Positions 31,478 through 42,883 of a DNA stretch of 64,000 nt are shown in pieces. The translations under genes and the position numbers were made by a program. The DNA is taken from positions 16,420 through 80,419 of the forward strand of contig CAWJOO010000012.1 in the NCBI GenBank assembly GCA_963844515.1, in the 5' to 3' direction. Positions within the stretch are counted from its first letter, which is position 1. The number at the start of each line of letters is the position of its first letter. Under the pieces are notes generated by a model. It searched no databases and was not told where the DNA came from. It was given only the letters and a program-made list of their open reading frames with translations. The DNA comes from an uncultured Acidobacteriota bacterium. GTDB taxonomy: Bacteria > Acidobacteriota > Terriglobia > Terriglobales > Acidobacteriaceae.

Positions 31478-32851
31478 CTATCTTTTGCGCAAATAGGTAC
31501 CCGAAATGCGATCGTGCCAGCTCAGATGATCTTCATCGAACACTGCCCACACAATGCCGATCCCCACCGGAAGAAGTGAAAGCGCCATAGCGCGGAGCCT
31601 GAATCTCAGTTCCTGTTCCGTCGGAACTTCGTTGTTGAAGGTGCAGAGAGCGATGCCCGCGTAGCGCATCCCCGGCGTCGTACCAGCCATCTTGAAGAAC
31701 GCCCAGTAGTAGCCGAATCCCGTCAGAAGTAAGCCTGCGACCACGATCATCTCTGCCGTTCTTACTGCTGGAAGCTCGGCCATCTTTGACGTAACCCACA
31801 ATGCGCAGGCGAAGAACACCGCGAGAATCAGCGCGCCATCAACCGCCATGGCCATCAGGCGCAGTCCCAGCGGCGCCAGGAACGGTCGAAGCTCCCGTGT
31901 GGCTTGCACGCTCGGCGCTTCTTGCCGAACGGGATGCGCATCCAGTTCGATTCCCGACCACACCGAGTCTTTCATGATGTTTTGCAAGGGCTCGAAGTGC
32001 TGCGCTGCGGCCGTTTCGGCAGTCATCGCGCCCGGGTCGACTTCGAAGATGCTCAACTGCCCTTCTGGATCAAGCAATACGCCGGCGACAGCCTCGGCCA
32101 GGCGGGGACGCATCTTGCGCGCTGCCACCAGTTCGCGCGGAAACTCGATGAGATTGGCATGCGAGGATTCGGCGTCTATCTCGATGGGCTCGCTGTGCAG
32201 GGCAGCGTTGACCTGCGCCGGAGTCCACCAGTCTTCGACAGACAGCTCAAACTCGTCATGATTGCGCGAGAGAGTTGGAGACGGCATCTGAATGGCGCGC
32301 GCGGGGATGTCCGGCTCCCAATGAAGATCGAAGCTTTTGCCGTCGATGACTTCCGTCGTAACAACCGGCGACAACTCGGGCGGCGCTGGTCTGGCGGCGG
32401 CAGCGGATATCGTCGCTTCTCTTGCTTCAGCGGCCGGCGCCTCCTGTTCCCAATCAAAAGCCAGCTCGGGCGCGCGCTCCTCCACTTCGACACGTGGAGT
32501 GCGCTGAATGGTTTCAATGACGGCCGGGCCGCGCATGGTCTGTCCCGACGCCGCATGCATTTCTGCAAGAGCGGATTCCGCCGCGGCCTGGGCCTCAATC
32601 GCCACCTTTGTTGCGATCTCGGCGGCTCGTACAGCGACGCGAGCCTCCTCGGCCTGCATCTGCGAATAGCTCGGAGCCTTGGCATATCGAGCGGCTACGC
32701 GCGCTGCGGCTTCGGCCGCGCGGCTTGAGCCCGACTCGGGCGCCTCCGCATTTCTATCCGAAATGCCGCCCGCCCCCTTGCGATTCTTATGCGCGGCGAT
32801 GCGTTGATTGATTTCCTGTTTCCACGCGGGCTGTAAAGACTGTGTACTCAA
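31478..32851 (-). CDS. RDD family membrane protein with long acidic N-terminal region
   Basis: C-terminal LAPLGLRLMAMAVDG, TPGMRYAGI and SWHDRISGTY. Confidence 0.85.
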   Translation of the reverse strand: MSTQSLQPAWKQEINQRIAAHKNRKGAGGISDRNAEAPESGSSRAAEAAARVAARYAKAPSYSQMQAEEARVAVRAAEIATKVAIEAQAAAESALAEMHAASGQTMRGPAVIETIQRTPRVEVEERAPELAFDWEQEAPAAEAREATISAAAARPAPPELSPVVTTEVIDGKSFDLHWEPDIPARAIQMPSPTLSRNHDEFELSVEDWWTPAQVNAALHSEPIEIDAESSHANLIEFPRELVAARKMRPRLAEAVAGVLLDPEGQLSIFEVDPGAMTAETAAAQHFEPLQNIMKDSVWSGIELDAHPVRQEAPSVQATRELRPFLAPLGLRLMAMAVDGALILAVFFACALWVTSKMAELPAVRTAEMIVVAGLLLTGFGYYWAFFKMAGTTPGMRYAGIALCTFNNEVPTEQELRFRLRAMALSLLPVGIGIVWAVFDEDHLSWHDRISGTYLRKR

Positions 32852-33115
32852 CTCGAGGGTCCCTTCTACTGCGTCTACTCGCCTTTATCGTTCCTGACCG
32901 AGTGCCGCCCTATTTAGGTCTGCTTCCCCGCTCAAAAGACGGATGGCAGACATTGCTCCTGAAACGAGGCTTGGAGGCTGCGGTGGAAAGATGCAGGCGT
33001 CGACCGGACCGAGTGATCCGTACGGGCAAAGGTGCCGGGTTGTCCTGCTGCCAGAGCTGCTTGAACGTCATTCCAGGAGGAAGGCAGCGATTTGCTATGC
33101 TGGCCTTGGTCCCGG

Positions 33116-35603
33116 ATGCGTCCTCGCAATTTTGTGTTTATCACGCTGATGCTTCTCTGTCACGGCTTTGCGACAGGGCAGACGTTGACCAATGGGTTAC
33201 CCCCTGCACAATCTGACACGCAACCTCAAAAGCCGAACAGCGGAACTCAGCCTGCGGCTCTCCCCGACGATCCCGGTCAGGAGGCACTCCCCGTTGCGGA
33301 ACCGGAGGCAGCATCGTCGGGCGGCGAGCCCGTAACCTACAAAGCCGACCGACAGCACTGGGCCGCCAATGTTCTGACTCTCGATGGAGTGGAAGATTTT
33401 CACTATCGCGATTATGTGTTTCGCGCCGACAAGGTAGTTTGGAATCGCACCACCGGCGAGGTGGAAGCCGATGGCAATCTGCGACGTCACGGGCGGCCCC
33501 GAAGACATATCCATCACGGCATCACGCGGCGACATCCGGCTCAATTCGCACAACGCCCGCTTTTACGATGTAACCGGCACACTGGGCGTGCGGTCGACTG
33601 GCCGGACCGTGGTTTACTCGACACCCAATCCCTTCATCATTCACGCCCGTGTGCTGCTGGAGACGGGGAAAGGAAGTTATCGCGTTGTCGACGGCTCCAT
33701 GACCAACTGCCGCCTGCCGCGCCCCGACTGGCAGTTGATGGCTCGCTCCATCGAGGTAGCCAATGGAGTAGCGTCCACCAGGAGCACATACTTCAAATTT
33801 CTCGGCGTTCCCTTGTTCTACTTGCCTTACCTGCGCCATCCGGTCGACGAAAGCGGGCGCCAGAGCGGCTTCCTGATCCCCAATCTGAGCAACTCCTCCA
33901 TTCGCGGCTACACCATGGGCGAGCAGGTTTACTTCGTGATCAACCGCAGCATGGACATGGTGATTGGCTCCGAGTATTACAGCAAGCGCGGCTGGGCACC
34001 CAACGGCGACTTCCGCTACAAGGGTCCGGGGCTCGACCACCTGACAGTTCGATGGAACGCCCTCTTCGATCGCGGCTATCAACAGTTGCAAACAACTGGA
34101 CCGCAGGCGGGGGAGATGGCCCTCGTAAATCAGGGCGGCAGCGACATCATTGCAAGTGGGCGTATCGACTTGTCGCCAGAGGATCGAATCGCCGGAAACG
34201 TAGAGTATCTCTCCCGGTACCTCTACCGGCTCGTCTTCAACGACAACTACCTGCAGGCCGTAAGTTCTGAAGTCAAGAGCGACGTGTCGTACACGCGTGC
34301 GCACAATGGAGTGGTGCCCTCGGTTGACGTATCGCGGCTTCAATCTTTCGCCAGTTCCAGCACCGGCGACGAGGTTAGAATCCTGCGCCTGCCCAGCCTT
34401 CGCTACGACGTCCTCGACCGCCCGTTGGGCTCCGCTCCGGCTTACTGGGGGCTTGATTCATCGATAAGCCACATGGCACGGTCGGAACCAGGTTTTCACG
34501 CGCACAACGTGGGGCGCATCGACTTCTACCCGCACCTTTCTTTGCCGTTGAACGGCGGCGGCTGGAGCATTATTCCCGAGGCTGCCCTAAGAGTTACTCT
34601 CTACTCCGGGAGCCAGACCCCTGACCTCTCGGGAATTCAGGGGGGGACTCCCGCTGTCCAGCACGAACCTCTTCGCCGCAACTACGGTGAGGCTTCAGTC
34701 AATCTCCGCCCTCCCACGCTGGAACGCGATTTCGCGATTGGCCCCTGGCAGCTTCGTCACGTGATCGAGCCGGAACTCAACTGGCGCTTTCGCGGCGGCA
34801 TTGGAAGCGCCGCGCGTAACGTCCTTCTTGTCGACACCACCGACATTGCCACTGATACCAATGAGGCAGGATTCTCGCTCACCCAACACATTTATGTACG
34901 CCCCAGAACACCGAAGCCGTGCGCAAACACAGAGGGAGTTGCGATGGAATGCGACCGTCCCCGTGAGTGGGCAAGCTGGCAGGTCGCGCAAAAGTACTAC
35001 ATGAACTCCGATTTTGGCGGGGCGCTCATTCCCGGCAGGCGCAACGTGTTTGACAGCACACTCGATCTGTCTGGCGTCTCGTTCCTCACGGATGCCCGAA
35101 ACATCTCACCCGTCATCTCGCGTCTGCGTTTCAATGCGATTGAGAATCTGCGCATTCAGTGGGACCTCGACTATGAGCCGAAAGCCGGCCGTCTAGGCGC
35201 AGACAACCTCTTCGCCGGGTACAGCTGGGGCAACACCACAGTTGGCCTGGGACACTCCCTGCTCAATGCGGTCGACGAGCAGGGCAGTTCGGCCTCCCTC
35301 GTGCAAAGCCAGCAGTTCAACCCGTTTCTGCAGATCGGCAAGCCCAATGCCGCCGGATTCAACCTGGCGGCGAACGGCGGGTACGACTTCGTCCATGGAG
35401 CATTGCAGTATGCCGGCGTTCAGGCCGTATACAACTGGAACTGCTGCGGATTAACGGTAGGGTACCGGCGCTTTGCCCTGGGTTCATTTCGCGACGAAAC
35501 CCAATACTTATATAGCTTTACGCTCGCCAACTTCGGTTCGGTTGGGGATATTCGGCGTTCCAACTCGGTCTTCCGCGATCCCTCGGCTCCGCCCACGTAT
35601 TAA
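33116..35603 (+). CDS. lptD: LPS-assembly protein LptD (apparent frameshift near 33480)
   Basis: Signal peptide and jellyroll (FRADKVVWNRTTGEVEADGN); MTNC..P.PDW, GVPLFYLPY, RQSGFLIP, HVIEP, YNWNCCG. Confidence 0.88.
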
Positions 35604-35678
35604 AGTGCCTTTCTGCTTGACCCGCGTCTACAACTCAGAACCCCAGGCTGGAGTATCCTTTCTAAAGAGGTTTCCACT

Positions 35679-36614
35679 TTGTTTCGACTTCGTTTGATGG
35701 CCGGCCTGATCGCAATCACGCTGGCTGCCGGCTGCAAGGCCCAGACCGCTCCTGCCGATCCCACCCTCACGCGCCACATCGAGGTCATGGTTCGTTCCAA
35801 GTTCAATATTCCCCAGACCTACGATCTCCAGCTTGGAACGCGAAAGCCCAGTCAGATTCCTGGCTATGACTCGCTTCCAATCCTCATCGGCCGCGGCGGA
35901 AAAAACACCACCATCGACTTCCTGATCTCCACGGACAACACCAAACTGGCCCGCCTGGAAACATTTGACCTGGCCAAAGATCCGTCGCTCCATATTGACG
36001 TCGCGGGGCGGCCGATTCGCGGAAATCCCAACGCCAAGGTCACGGTGATCAACTACGACGACCTCGAATGTCCCTACTGCGCGCGCATGCACCAGTCGCT
36101 GTTCCCGGCCACGCTGGAGCGCTACAAGGACAAGGTTCGCTTCATCTACAAGGACGATCCGCTCGTCGAATTGCATCCCTGGGCCATGCGCGCCGCCGTC
36201 GATTCCAATTGTCTTGCCGCCCAAAGCACCGACGTCTACTGGGCCTACGTGGATTATCTGCATTCGCACGGTCAGGAGATCAACGGCGAGAATCGCGATG
36301 CGGCCCGGAGTTTTGCGGCACTCGATCGCATTGCGCGGCAGGAAGCCACGGTTGCCAAGCTCGATAGCCCAAAACTTGAGGCCTGCATTGCGAAGCAGGA
36401 CGATACCCAGGTCAAGGCTTCTTCGAGCGAAGCTGAGAACCTCGGCGTGAACGGAACACCTGCGATCTTTGTCGAGGGCGAACGAATCGAGGGCTTTGTT
36501 CCCGAGGCGCAGCTTTGGGCAGTAATTGACCGCGCATTGAAGGCTGCCGGTGAAGAGCCGCCCGCCGCGCAGCAGAATCAACAGGCCACTCCTCCCAAAC
36601 CTTCGGGACAGTGA
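35679..36614 (+). CDS. DsbA-family thioredoxin-fold lipoprotein
   Basis: Lipobox LAAGC; GNPNAKVTVINYDDLECPYCA; GVNGTPAIFV cis-Pro motif. Confidence 0.9.
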   Translation: MFRLRLMAGLIAITLAAGCKAQTAPADPTLTRHIEVMVRSKFNIPQTYDLQLGTRKPSQIPGYDSLPILIGRGGKNTTIDFLISTDNTKLARLETFDLAKDPSLHIDVAGRPIRGNPNAKVTVINYDDLECPYCARMHQSLFPATLERYKDKVRFIYKDDPLVELHPWAMRAAVDSNCLAAQSTDVYWAYVDYLHSHGQEINGENRDAARSFAALDRIARQEATVAKLDSPKLEACIAKQDDTQVKASSSEAENLGVNGTPAIFVEGERIEGFVPEAQLWAVIDRALKAAGEEPPAAQQNQQATPPKPSGQ

Positions 36615-36740
36615 GTCTTTAAAAGAGCGTAACGGTCCGTTTTGACGGTGTTGCAGAATGACCATTCTCCTGTCGCTGCGGTACGCCCGGGAGTTATCCT
36701 TAAGTGCCGGAAGCTCTTAGGCTTTCGAGGAGAGTTTAGG

Positions 36741-37814
36741 TTGCAAGCTGAATCGTTTTCCTGGGCGCGTCGTTCCGCCCTCTGCCTTGTCAGTGTTGGG
36801 GCTCTGCTCTCGGTCGTCAATGGATGCCACCGCCCCCCGGGCGCTGACGTTGTCGCCACAGTCAACGACAAGGAAATCATGCGGGGCGAGCTCGACAAGT
36901 ACTACAAGGCCAGCCTCGGCGAATCCCAGGAAGCGCCTTCGCCGCAACAGGCCGATATCCAGCGGCTGAATATTCTCCGCGGCATGATCGACGACGAAAT
37001 TCTGCAGCAGCGTGCCGCCAAGCTCAACCTGGTTGCCAGTGACGAAGACGTGAATGCCAAGCTGACCGAGTTCAAAGCGCTTTCAACCCAGGAAGAATTC
37101 GACAACCAGCTCAAAGCGCGCGGACAAACGCTCGATGATCTCAAGCGCCAGATCCGGCGGTCGCTCACCACCACAAAATTGCTCAATAAGGAAATCGAGT
37201 CAAAGATCAATATCACCGACGCCGAGATCACAGGCTATTACAACTCACACAAATCGGAGTTCAACTTCATCGAGCCTCGATACCGCATTGCCCAGATCGT
37301 TGTCACCGGCGCGCCACCTCAACAGAACAGCAATCCCCAAGCGCGCAGGGTGCCGAACGAGGCTGAGGCCCGCAAAGAAATCGACAACATCCACAACAGA
37401 TTGCAGAGTGGAGACGACTTCGGAACCCTGGCCGCGCAATTCTCGGAAAACGCCAATTTGGCGTCGAATGGCGGCGACATGGGCTTCGTACCAGAGTCTC
37501 AATTGCGTACCGAGACAGACCTCTATAACCAGATCGTCAAGCTGAAGCCGGGACAACTCACTGACGTGATCCCCGCCTTCGACACATCCGCTCCGGGCCG
37601 CCGTTTCCTGGGCCTTGCCATTTACAAACTACTCGACCGCGAACCCGCCGGACAGCGCGAGATCAACGACCCGCGCGTGCAACAGGCCATCCGCTCCAGC
37701 CTTCGCGAGGGCGATGCGCAATTGCTCAAGACCGCCTATTACGAGATGCTCCACGATAGTTCCAAAATCCGCAATTACTTCGCGGAACAGATGCTGAAAC
37801 AGGGCGCGCAGTAG
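36741..37814 (+). CDS. SurA/PrsA-like peptidyl-prolyl isomerase (probable lipoprotein)
   Basis: TTG 36741 after GAGGAG; VNGC; DVVATVN; parvulin motif DFGTLAAQFSE...NGGDMGF. Confidence 0.88.
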   Translation: MQAESFSWARRSALCLVSVGALLSVVNGCHRPPGADVVATVNDKEIMRGELDKYYKASLGESQEAPSPQQADIQRLNILRGMIDDEILQQRAAKLNLVASDEDVNAKLTEFKALSTQEEFDNQLKARGQTLDDLKRQIRRSLTTTKLLNKEIESKINITDAEITGYYNSHKSEFNFIEPRYRIAQIVVTGAPPQQNSNPQARRVPNEAEARKEIDNIHNRLQSGDDFGTLAAQFSENANLASNGGDMGFVPESQLRTETDLYNQIVKLKPGQLTDVIPAFDTSAPGRRFLGLAIYKLLDREPAGQREINDPRVQQAIRSSLREGDAQLLKTAYYEMLHDSSKIRNYFAEQMLKQGAQ

Positions 37815-37997
37815 CCCGGCAGCCACCTCGCAATGAGGACCGGGGGTTTGGGATTTCTACCCACGATCCGCTCGGGACCACAAAGTAATCGAGTTCCTCC
37901 GTTAACGGTCAATTGACCATTCACAGGACCATCCTCGCTCCTCCCAAAGTATTTCTGCTCCCCCCACCACACCGCAGTTGTTAGAGGTATCGGGAAT

Positions 37998-38246
37998 GTG
38001 CACCTTGCCAGACTATGGGCGGTAGTGCTGTTCGGTATCCTCGCCATCGCAATCGGAGATTCGGCTTTGCAGGCCGCTGCGCAGGCGGGTCAGAGAGCTG
38101 CATACGTACCACTCGACCCCGATACTGTATTCCCCATGCATCCGCTATCCCGATCCAGTGTCTCCCTGAACGCAGTAAAGGATATGCGATTGCTTTCGAG
38201 ATTCGGTATAAATGAGCCTTCAGAAGATCGGGATCGCAAAAAGTAA
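37998..38246 (+). CDS. Small hypothetical protein with signal-like N-terminus
   Basis: GAGG RBS, GTG start, hydrophobic N-terminus; no recognisable domain. Confidence 0.45.
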   Translation: MHLARLWAVVLFGILAIAIGDSALQAAAQAGQRAAYVPLDPDTVFPMHPLSRSSVSLNAVKDMRLLSRFGINEPSEDRDRKK

Positions 38247-38326
38247 ACGTGACAGCGGCGAGCCATCGCACCAGTTCTACGTCAGCGGCTGAGCGAGTCG
38301 CGCCGAAGTCCTCGACAACACAACGA

Positions 38327-40816
38327 TCACTGTTCGCGCAGAGCCTTGACGGGATCGAGGCTCGACGCTCTGCGCGCCGGCAGCCAGGACGCCAGCGCAG
38401 AAATGCTCAGGAATACCGCGGTCATGCAGACGTAGGTGGTGACGTCTGTGGATTTGATTCCGCCTACGAGCAGAGCAGAGATCACCCGGCCAAGAAAGAT
38501 AGAGCCGATCACCCCGATGACAATGCCGGCCGCGCTCAGGCGCAACCCCTGCGCGACGACGAGGCGCAGGATGTCTCCGCGCTCGGCCCCCATGGCCATG
38601 CGAACTCCGATTTCAGAGGTGCGCTGCCGCACCGAGGTGGAGATTACGCCGTAAAGGCCAACGCCCGCCAGCAGAGCGGCGATGGCTGCAAAGACCGAGA
38701 TGAGCAGGAGAGAGAAACGCGTGCTGGCCTGCGAATCATAGACAACAGAATCGACGGTCTGCATCTTGTTGACGAGGATTTGCGGGTCGAGCGCCTTCAT
38801 GGTGGCGCGAACCTGATTCTCGTAGGAAGCTGGATCGCTGCCCGTGCGCAGAGCCCAGGATTGAACGGCCCCGGATCCCAGGAAGGCGTCGGGAAAGTAG
38901 ATCTGCTCGCGTCCAACCTCCGCGAGCGAGTTGACACGCTGGTGAGCGACAACACCGATGATCTCAACCTTCTCTGCTTCGGGGGTGCGCAGGCGGGTGA
39001 GGATTTGTTTTCCGATTGCCGACTGGCCGGGAAATGCTTTGGCCGCAAGCGCCTCGTCAACGATGACGCTGGTGCGTCCCGGAAGATTGTCGTCCCCGGT
39101 GAAGGTGCGTCCTGCCAGCAACGGTGTGCGCATGGTTTCGAAGTAGCCGGGAAGAACGATTTGAAAATCGGTTGCCTGAAAGCGGCTTGGATCGCGTGCG
39201 GCGTCCACTGTTCCCCACCGAATCGGGCTGAACTGGCCGGTGAGCGGAAATGGAAATGAGCCCGTGACGCTTTGCACGCCCGGGATGGATTTGAGCTGGT
39301 CAGTGACGACGTGTATGAATGCGGCCCGTTGCTCGGGAGTCTTCTGGTTCAAGCGGCCTCCCTGAAGCTGGAAGGTGAACAGATGATGGGGATCGAATCC
39401 CGGATCGATCTGCTGCAGCTTGAGGAAGCTCCGGAACATCAGCCCGGAACCGATTAGCAGGATGAATGAGAGCGCAACTTCGGCCATCACGACCGCATTG
39501 CGAAGAAAGGCTCCACTGCCCATGCCGGAGGTCCGGCTGACGCCGCGCAACACATTCATGAGCCCGGGGCGGGAGGCGCGCAAGGCGGGAACGATTCCAA
39601 AAATAGCCGCGGAGGCAAGGCCGGCGAGCGCGCTATACAAAAGCACTTCGCCATCGATGCGGACATCTTCAAGGCGGGGCAGGTTGGCTGGAGCAAGAAC
39701 CCGCAACGCGAAAATTCCGCCCCGGGCAAGTCCCAGACCGGCCACCGTGCCCATCAGGGCGAGCAGGACTGCTTCGATGAGGATGGGAGAGACCAGCCGG
39801 GAGCGGTTTGCGCCAAGCGCCGCACGCAAAGAAAATTCGTGCTGCCGAAGCGATGCGCGTACCAGTAGCAGGTTGCCAACATTGGCGCAGGCGATGAGGA
39901 GCAGGAAGAACACCGAGATGGAGAGGGTAAGAATCGCGGGGCGCACCGCAGCAACGAGATGCTGTTGCATGGGAGCGAGATGGATATAGTAGCCGGCAGT
40001 CTCGTCGATGGGAAACGTCTGCCGTGCCTGCGCCGCGATGCCGTCGGCCGCGCCCTGCACACTTTTGAAAGATGCTCCGTCTTTGAGCCTGCCAATCGGC
40101 CGGATAGAAAAGTCAGTGCGCTGGGCCGAATTGTAATTGAGACGGTTGGCGATGTAGATGTCAGGAGTTGGCTCCACGTTTGCGTCAGGCGGAAAGTAGA
40201 GCCGAAACCCCGGGGCCAGCACGCCGGCGATCACAGGTCCGGGGAGGCCGGGAATCGTGATGCCGTGGCCCAGAACAGCCGTATTGGCCCCGTAGCGTCT
40301 GCGGAAGTATTCGTAACTGAGGATGGCAGTGCCGGGCAGTTGAGCAGCCTGGGCGTTGGCTGCGTTGTTGGCCGGCGGCTGCGGTTGTGGAATTCCGTCC
40401 TGCGCATTGAAGTCGCGGCCGAACATGATTTTGCCGCCCATCACATCGAAGAAGTTAGTGGTAGCGATTGCGATGCTGATCTCTTCCGGTGTTCCGTCTT
40501 CCTGCGCGACAGCGGTGCGGCCCGTGAAAACACCGGCCATGTCAGAGAAGTACGATTTGGTGCCATCGCGCAAGTCGATGTAGTCCGCGTTAGAGAAGGG
40601 CAAATCGTGGACGTCGCGCTTGCGGAGGTCCATGCCGGCGATCACCAGTTTACCCGGATCACGGTAAGGCAGCGGTTTGAGCAGCACTGCATTGGTGACG
40701 CTGAAGATGGTGGTGCTGGCGCCAACCCCGAGCGCAATCGTAAGGACGGCTGTCAACGTATAGGCGGGGCGCTTGGCAAGAATGCGCGCAGCGATGGCGA
40801 CATCTCTACGTGTCAT
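38327..40816 (-). CDS. Duplicated MacB/FtsX-type ABC permease (ADOP-like)
   Basis: AVLTIALGVGASTTIFS, LLLIACANVGNLLL, EVALSFILLIGSGL, GVRMAMGA, PARRASSLDPVKALR; no adjacent ATPase. Confidence 0.93.
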   Translation of the reverse strand: MTRRDVAIAARILAKRPAYTLTAVLTIALGVGASTTIFSVTNAVLLKPLPYRDPGKLVIAGMDLRKRDVHDLPFSNADYIDLRDGTKSYFSDMAGVFTGRTAVAQEDGTPEEISIAIATTNFFDVMGGKIMFGRDFNAQDGIPQPQPPANNAANAQAAQLPGTAILSYEYFRRRYGANTAVLGHGITIPGLPGPVIAGVLAPGFRLYFPPDANVEPTPDIYIANRLNYNSAQRTDFSIRPIGRLKDGASFKSVQGAADGIAAQARQTFPIDETAGYYIHLAPMQQHLVAAVRPAILTLSISVFFLLLIACANVGNLLLVRASLRQHEFSLRAALGANRSRLVSPILIEAVLLALMGTVAGLGLARGGIFALRVLAPANLPRLEDVRIDGEVLLYSALAGLASAAIFGIVPALRASRPGLMNVLRGVSRTSGMGSGAFLRNAVVMAEVALSFILLIGSGLMFRSFLKLQQIDPGFDPHHLFTFQLQGGRLNQKTPEQRAAFIHVVTDQLKSIPGVQSVTGSFPFPLTGQFSPIRWGTVDAARDPSRFQATDFQIVLPGYFETMRTPLLAGRTFTGDDNLPGRTSVIVDEALAAKAFPGQSAIGKQILTRLRTPEAEKVEIIGVVAHQRVNSLAEVGREQIYFPDAFLGSGAVQSWALRTGSDPASYENQVRATMKALDPQILVNKMQTVDSVVYDSQASTRFSLLLISVFAAIAALLAGVGLYGVISTSVRQRTSEIGVRMAMGAERGDILRLVVAQGLRLSAAGIVIGVIGSIFLGRVISALLVGGIKSTDVTTYVCMTAVFLSISALASWLPARRASSLDPVKALREQ

Positions 40817-41004
40817 GGGGGCGACCTCTACCCTAAGAGTTGAACCGCGATTTATCCAACTGTCAATCGGGAGTTGCGGAGGCTGTTCTGATGCGGAATA
40901 ATCCCACGGCGAGTTGGGCGAAGACGTGGCCCTGTGTTCGACTTCCGCATTGCCCATTACATGCTCACAGGGTGTCTAAGCCCAGGAATTGCTAGGATTG
41001 GTCG

Positions 41005-42129
41005 ATGGACTTCAACTACATCGTAGTTCCCGCGATCGTGGTGGTAGCCCTGGTATTCGTAGCGTCCGGAGCCCTGCGGCGGATCATCACACTCCGAAGG
41101 AGCGACCACTCACGGTCGCGGAAGTGGAAAGAGGGCGTTATCCTCTGGCCCGCTGCATTGTTCGGCATCGGCATGGCGGCATTGACGGCATTCAATGCAA
41201 CAGCTCTCTACTACTATCGCCACCCACCTCCCGGGAACATGTACTGGGTGAATGGACGCATGATGCGCCTGCAGTGCATCGGGCAAGGTTCTCCTACCAT
41301 CGTGCTGGAGGCTGGAGGCGGAAATGATGGGCTGACATGGGCAGGTATCCAGCCGAGATTGGCCCAGCATGCGCAAGTGTGTTCCTACGATCGAGCAGGC
41401 ATGGGATGGAGTGATCCAGGTCCCTCTCCGCGCGATGCCGATCATGTCGCCACGGAACTCCACGAGCTGCTTGCTTCAGCGGACATCCATGTACCGGTGG
41501 TTCTCATGGGACATTCGATGGGCGGACTATTCATTCGCGACTACGCGGCGCATTACCCCACCGAGGTTGCCGGACTCGTGTTTGAGGATTCATCTACGCC
41601 GCTTCAAAACCGTCAGCCTGCGTATCGCGCATTTGAGGGGCCAAGGAAAGAAACCAGTTTTGACCGATTTCTCAATCGGGCAACGATCCAGCTTGGCATC
41701 CCAAGACTCCTCGGCATTTGTTCGGGCAGATCCGATCGAGTGAAAGGAATCAGTGAAAGACTCTTTTATGAGGACCGATGTCACGAATCGTTCCAGGCAA
41801 TGGAGGCTGAAATGGAAGACTTCGACCTCTCGGGTCAAGAAACAGTCAATAGTGGGCCTTTCGGCGATATGCCGATCCTGATCCTCTTCCACGATCTGGC
41901 GATCGACGCGTCTGACATTCCGCAATCGCTGATCGAAGAAACCAAAGCCGATCAGGACGGGTTTATGAGGCTCTCAACTCGTACTCGTCGCGTCATCGTT
42001 AAAAGCAGCGGCCATTTCGTTCATATCGATCGCCCCGATGTCGTAGAGCGGGAAGTAGTCGATTTCATTGAGCGTATCCGTGAGAACAAGCCGGATCTCG
42101 AGGCGGGGCAAACGGTCGTTGCCGAATGA
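41005..42129 (+). CDS. Alpha/beta hydrolase with N-terminal TM segments
   Basis: VCSYDRAGMGWSDP, GHSMGG nucleophile elbow, SGHFVHIDRPD. Confidence 0.9.
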   Translation: MDFNYIVVPAIVVVALVFVASGALRRIITLRRSDHSRSRKWKEGVILWPAALFGIGMAALTAFNATALYYYRHPPPGNMYWVNGRMMRLQCIGQGSPTIVLEAGGGNDGLTWAGIQPRLAQHAQVCSYDRAGMGWSDPGPSPRDADHVATELHELLASADIHVPVVLMGHSMGGLFIRDYAAHYPTEVAGLVFEDSSTPLQNRQPAYRAFEGPRKETSFDRFLNRATIQLGIPRLLGICSGRSDRVKGISERLFYEDRCHESFQAMEAEMEDFDLSGQETVNSGPFGDMPILILFHDLAIDASDIPQSLIEETKADQDGFMRLSTRTRRVIVKSSGHFVHIDRPDVVEREVVDFIERIRENKPDLEAGQTVVAE

Positions 42130-42277
42130 GCTGATGGAGGTGGTGTCAACTCCGACCCACGGGGCATAACCGGGGATACTTCCCCAACCCCGGCAGGGCT
42201 TTTCCCCGGAGCCAAGCCATTTGTTCCCGTCGCCCTGTGCTCACGCTAAAATTTGTGCACCGGGAGATGTTAGAACA

Positions 42278-42706
42278 ATGCCCAGCAATCCCGAAGAAAC
42301 CCTACTTCAAGGTTCGGAGTTGCTCAAACCTCTGTTCACAAAGTACGGGTTCGATTTCGTGCCATTGGACAAGGGCAAGAGCAGCGGCGGTCCTTTCGCT
42401 TCCGCGGAGTTTATTAGAGGTGATCGGAGGTTTGAATTTCACCTCCGATTCAGCTTGGGGATGGTGACCTACCACCTTGGCGCGGAGTCGATATCGCACC
42501 AAGAGTACATGTGCTCTGTGTTGGGAAAGCCGAATCTGAGTCGCTATCCCGGCTTTTCCGATGACCCGCTGGACTCCTTTAGCAACCTGCGCGATGACGT
42601 AGAGAACTACTGCATTGAGTTCCTCGAAGGAACGAGCGATGCCTTTCTGCATCGGATCGAAGATGCCCGAATGCGTTGGGCGCGGATTCCACAACTCCCG
42701 GATTAG
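42278..42706 (+). CDS. Hypothetical protein
   Basis: GGAG RBS before ATG 42278; 142-aa ORF with globular composition. Confidence 0.65.
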   Translation: MPSNPEETLLQGSELLKPLFTKYGFDFVPLDKGKSSGGPFASAEFIRGDRRFEFHLRFSLGMVTYHLGAESISHQEYMCSVLGKPNLSRYPGFSDDPLDSFSNLRDDVENYCIEFLEGTSDAFLHRIEDARMRWARIPQLPD

Positions 42707-42883
42707 GACTCTCAAATCCCGAGTCGCGGCCTCGAATGTGCGGTTCCGGGACCATCGCCGCCCCTCGTGCTTTACCGCTTGGTGAAGTACGGCTTGGCCA
42801 CGATCCGACGACTATCGACGATAATGGTGTAAACACTGTGATCACACCTACGGCGATCACTGGCAAAAGACAATAAATGCGCG

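Noticed and set aside
38249-40843. Long plus-strand ORFs over the permease
   Set aside because: Antisense shadows of the ADOP-type permease
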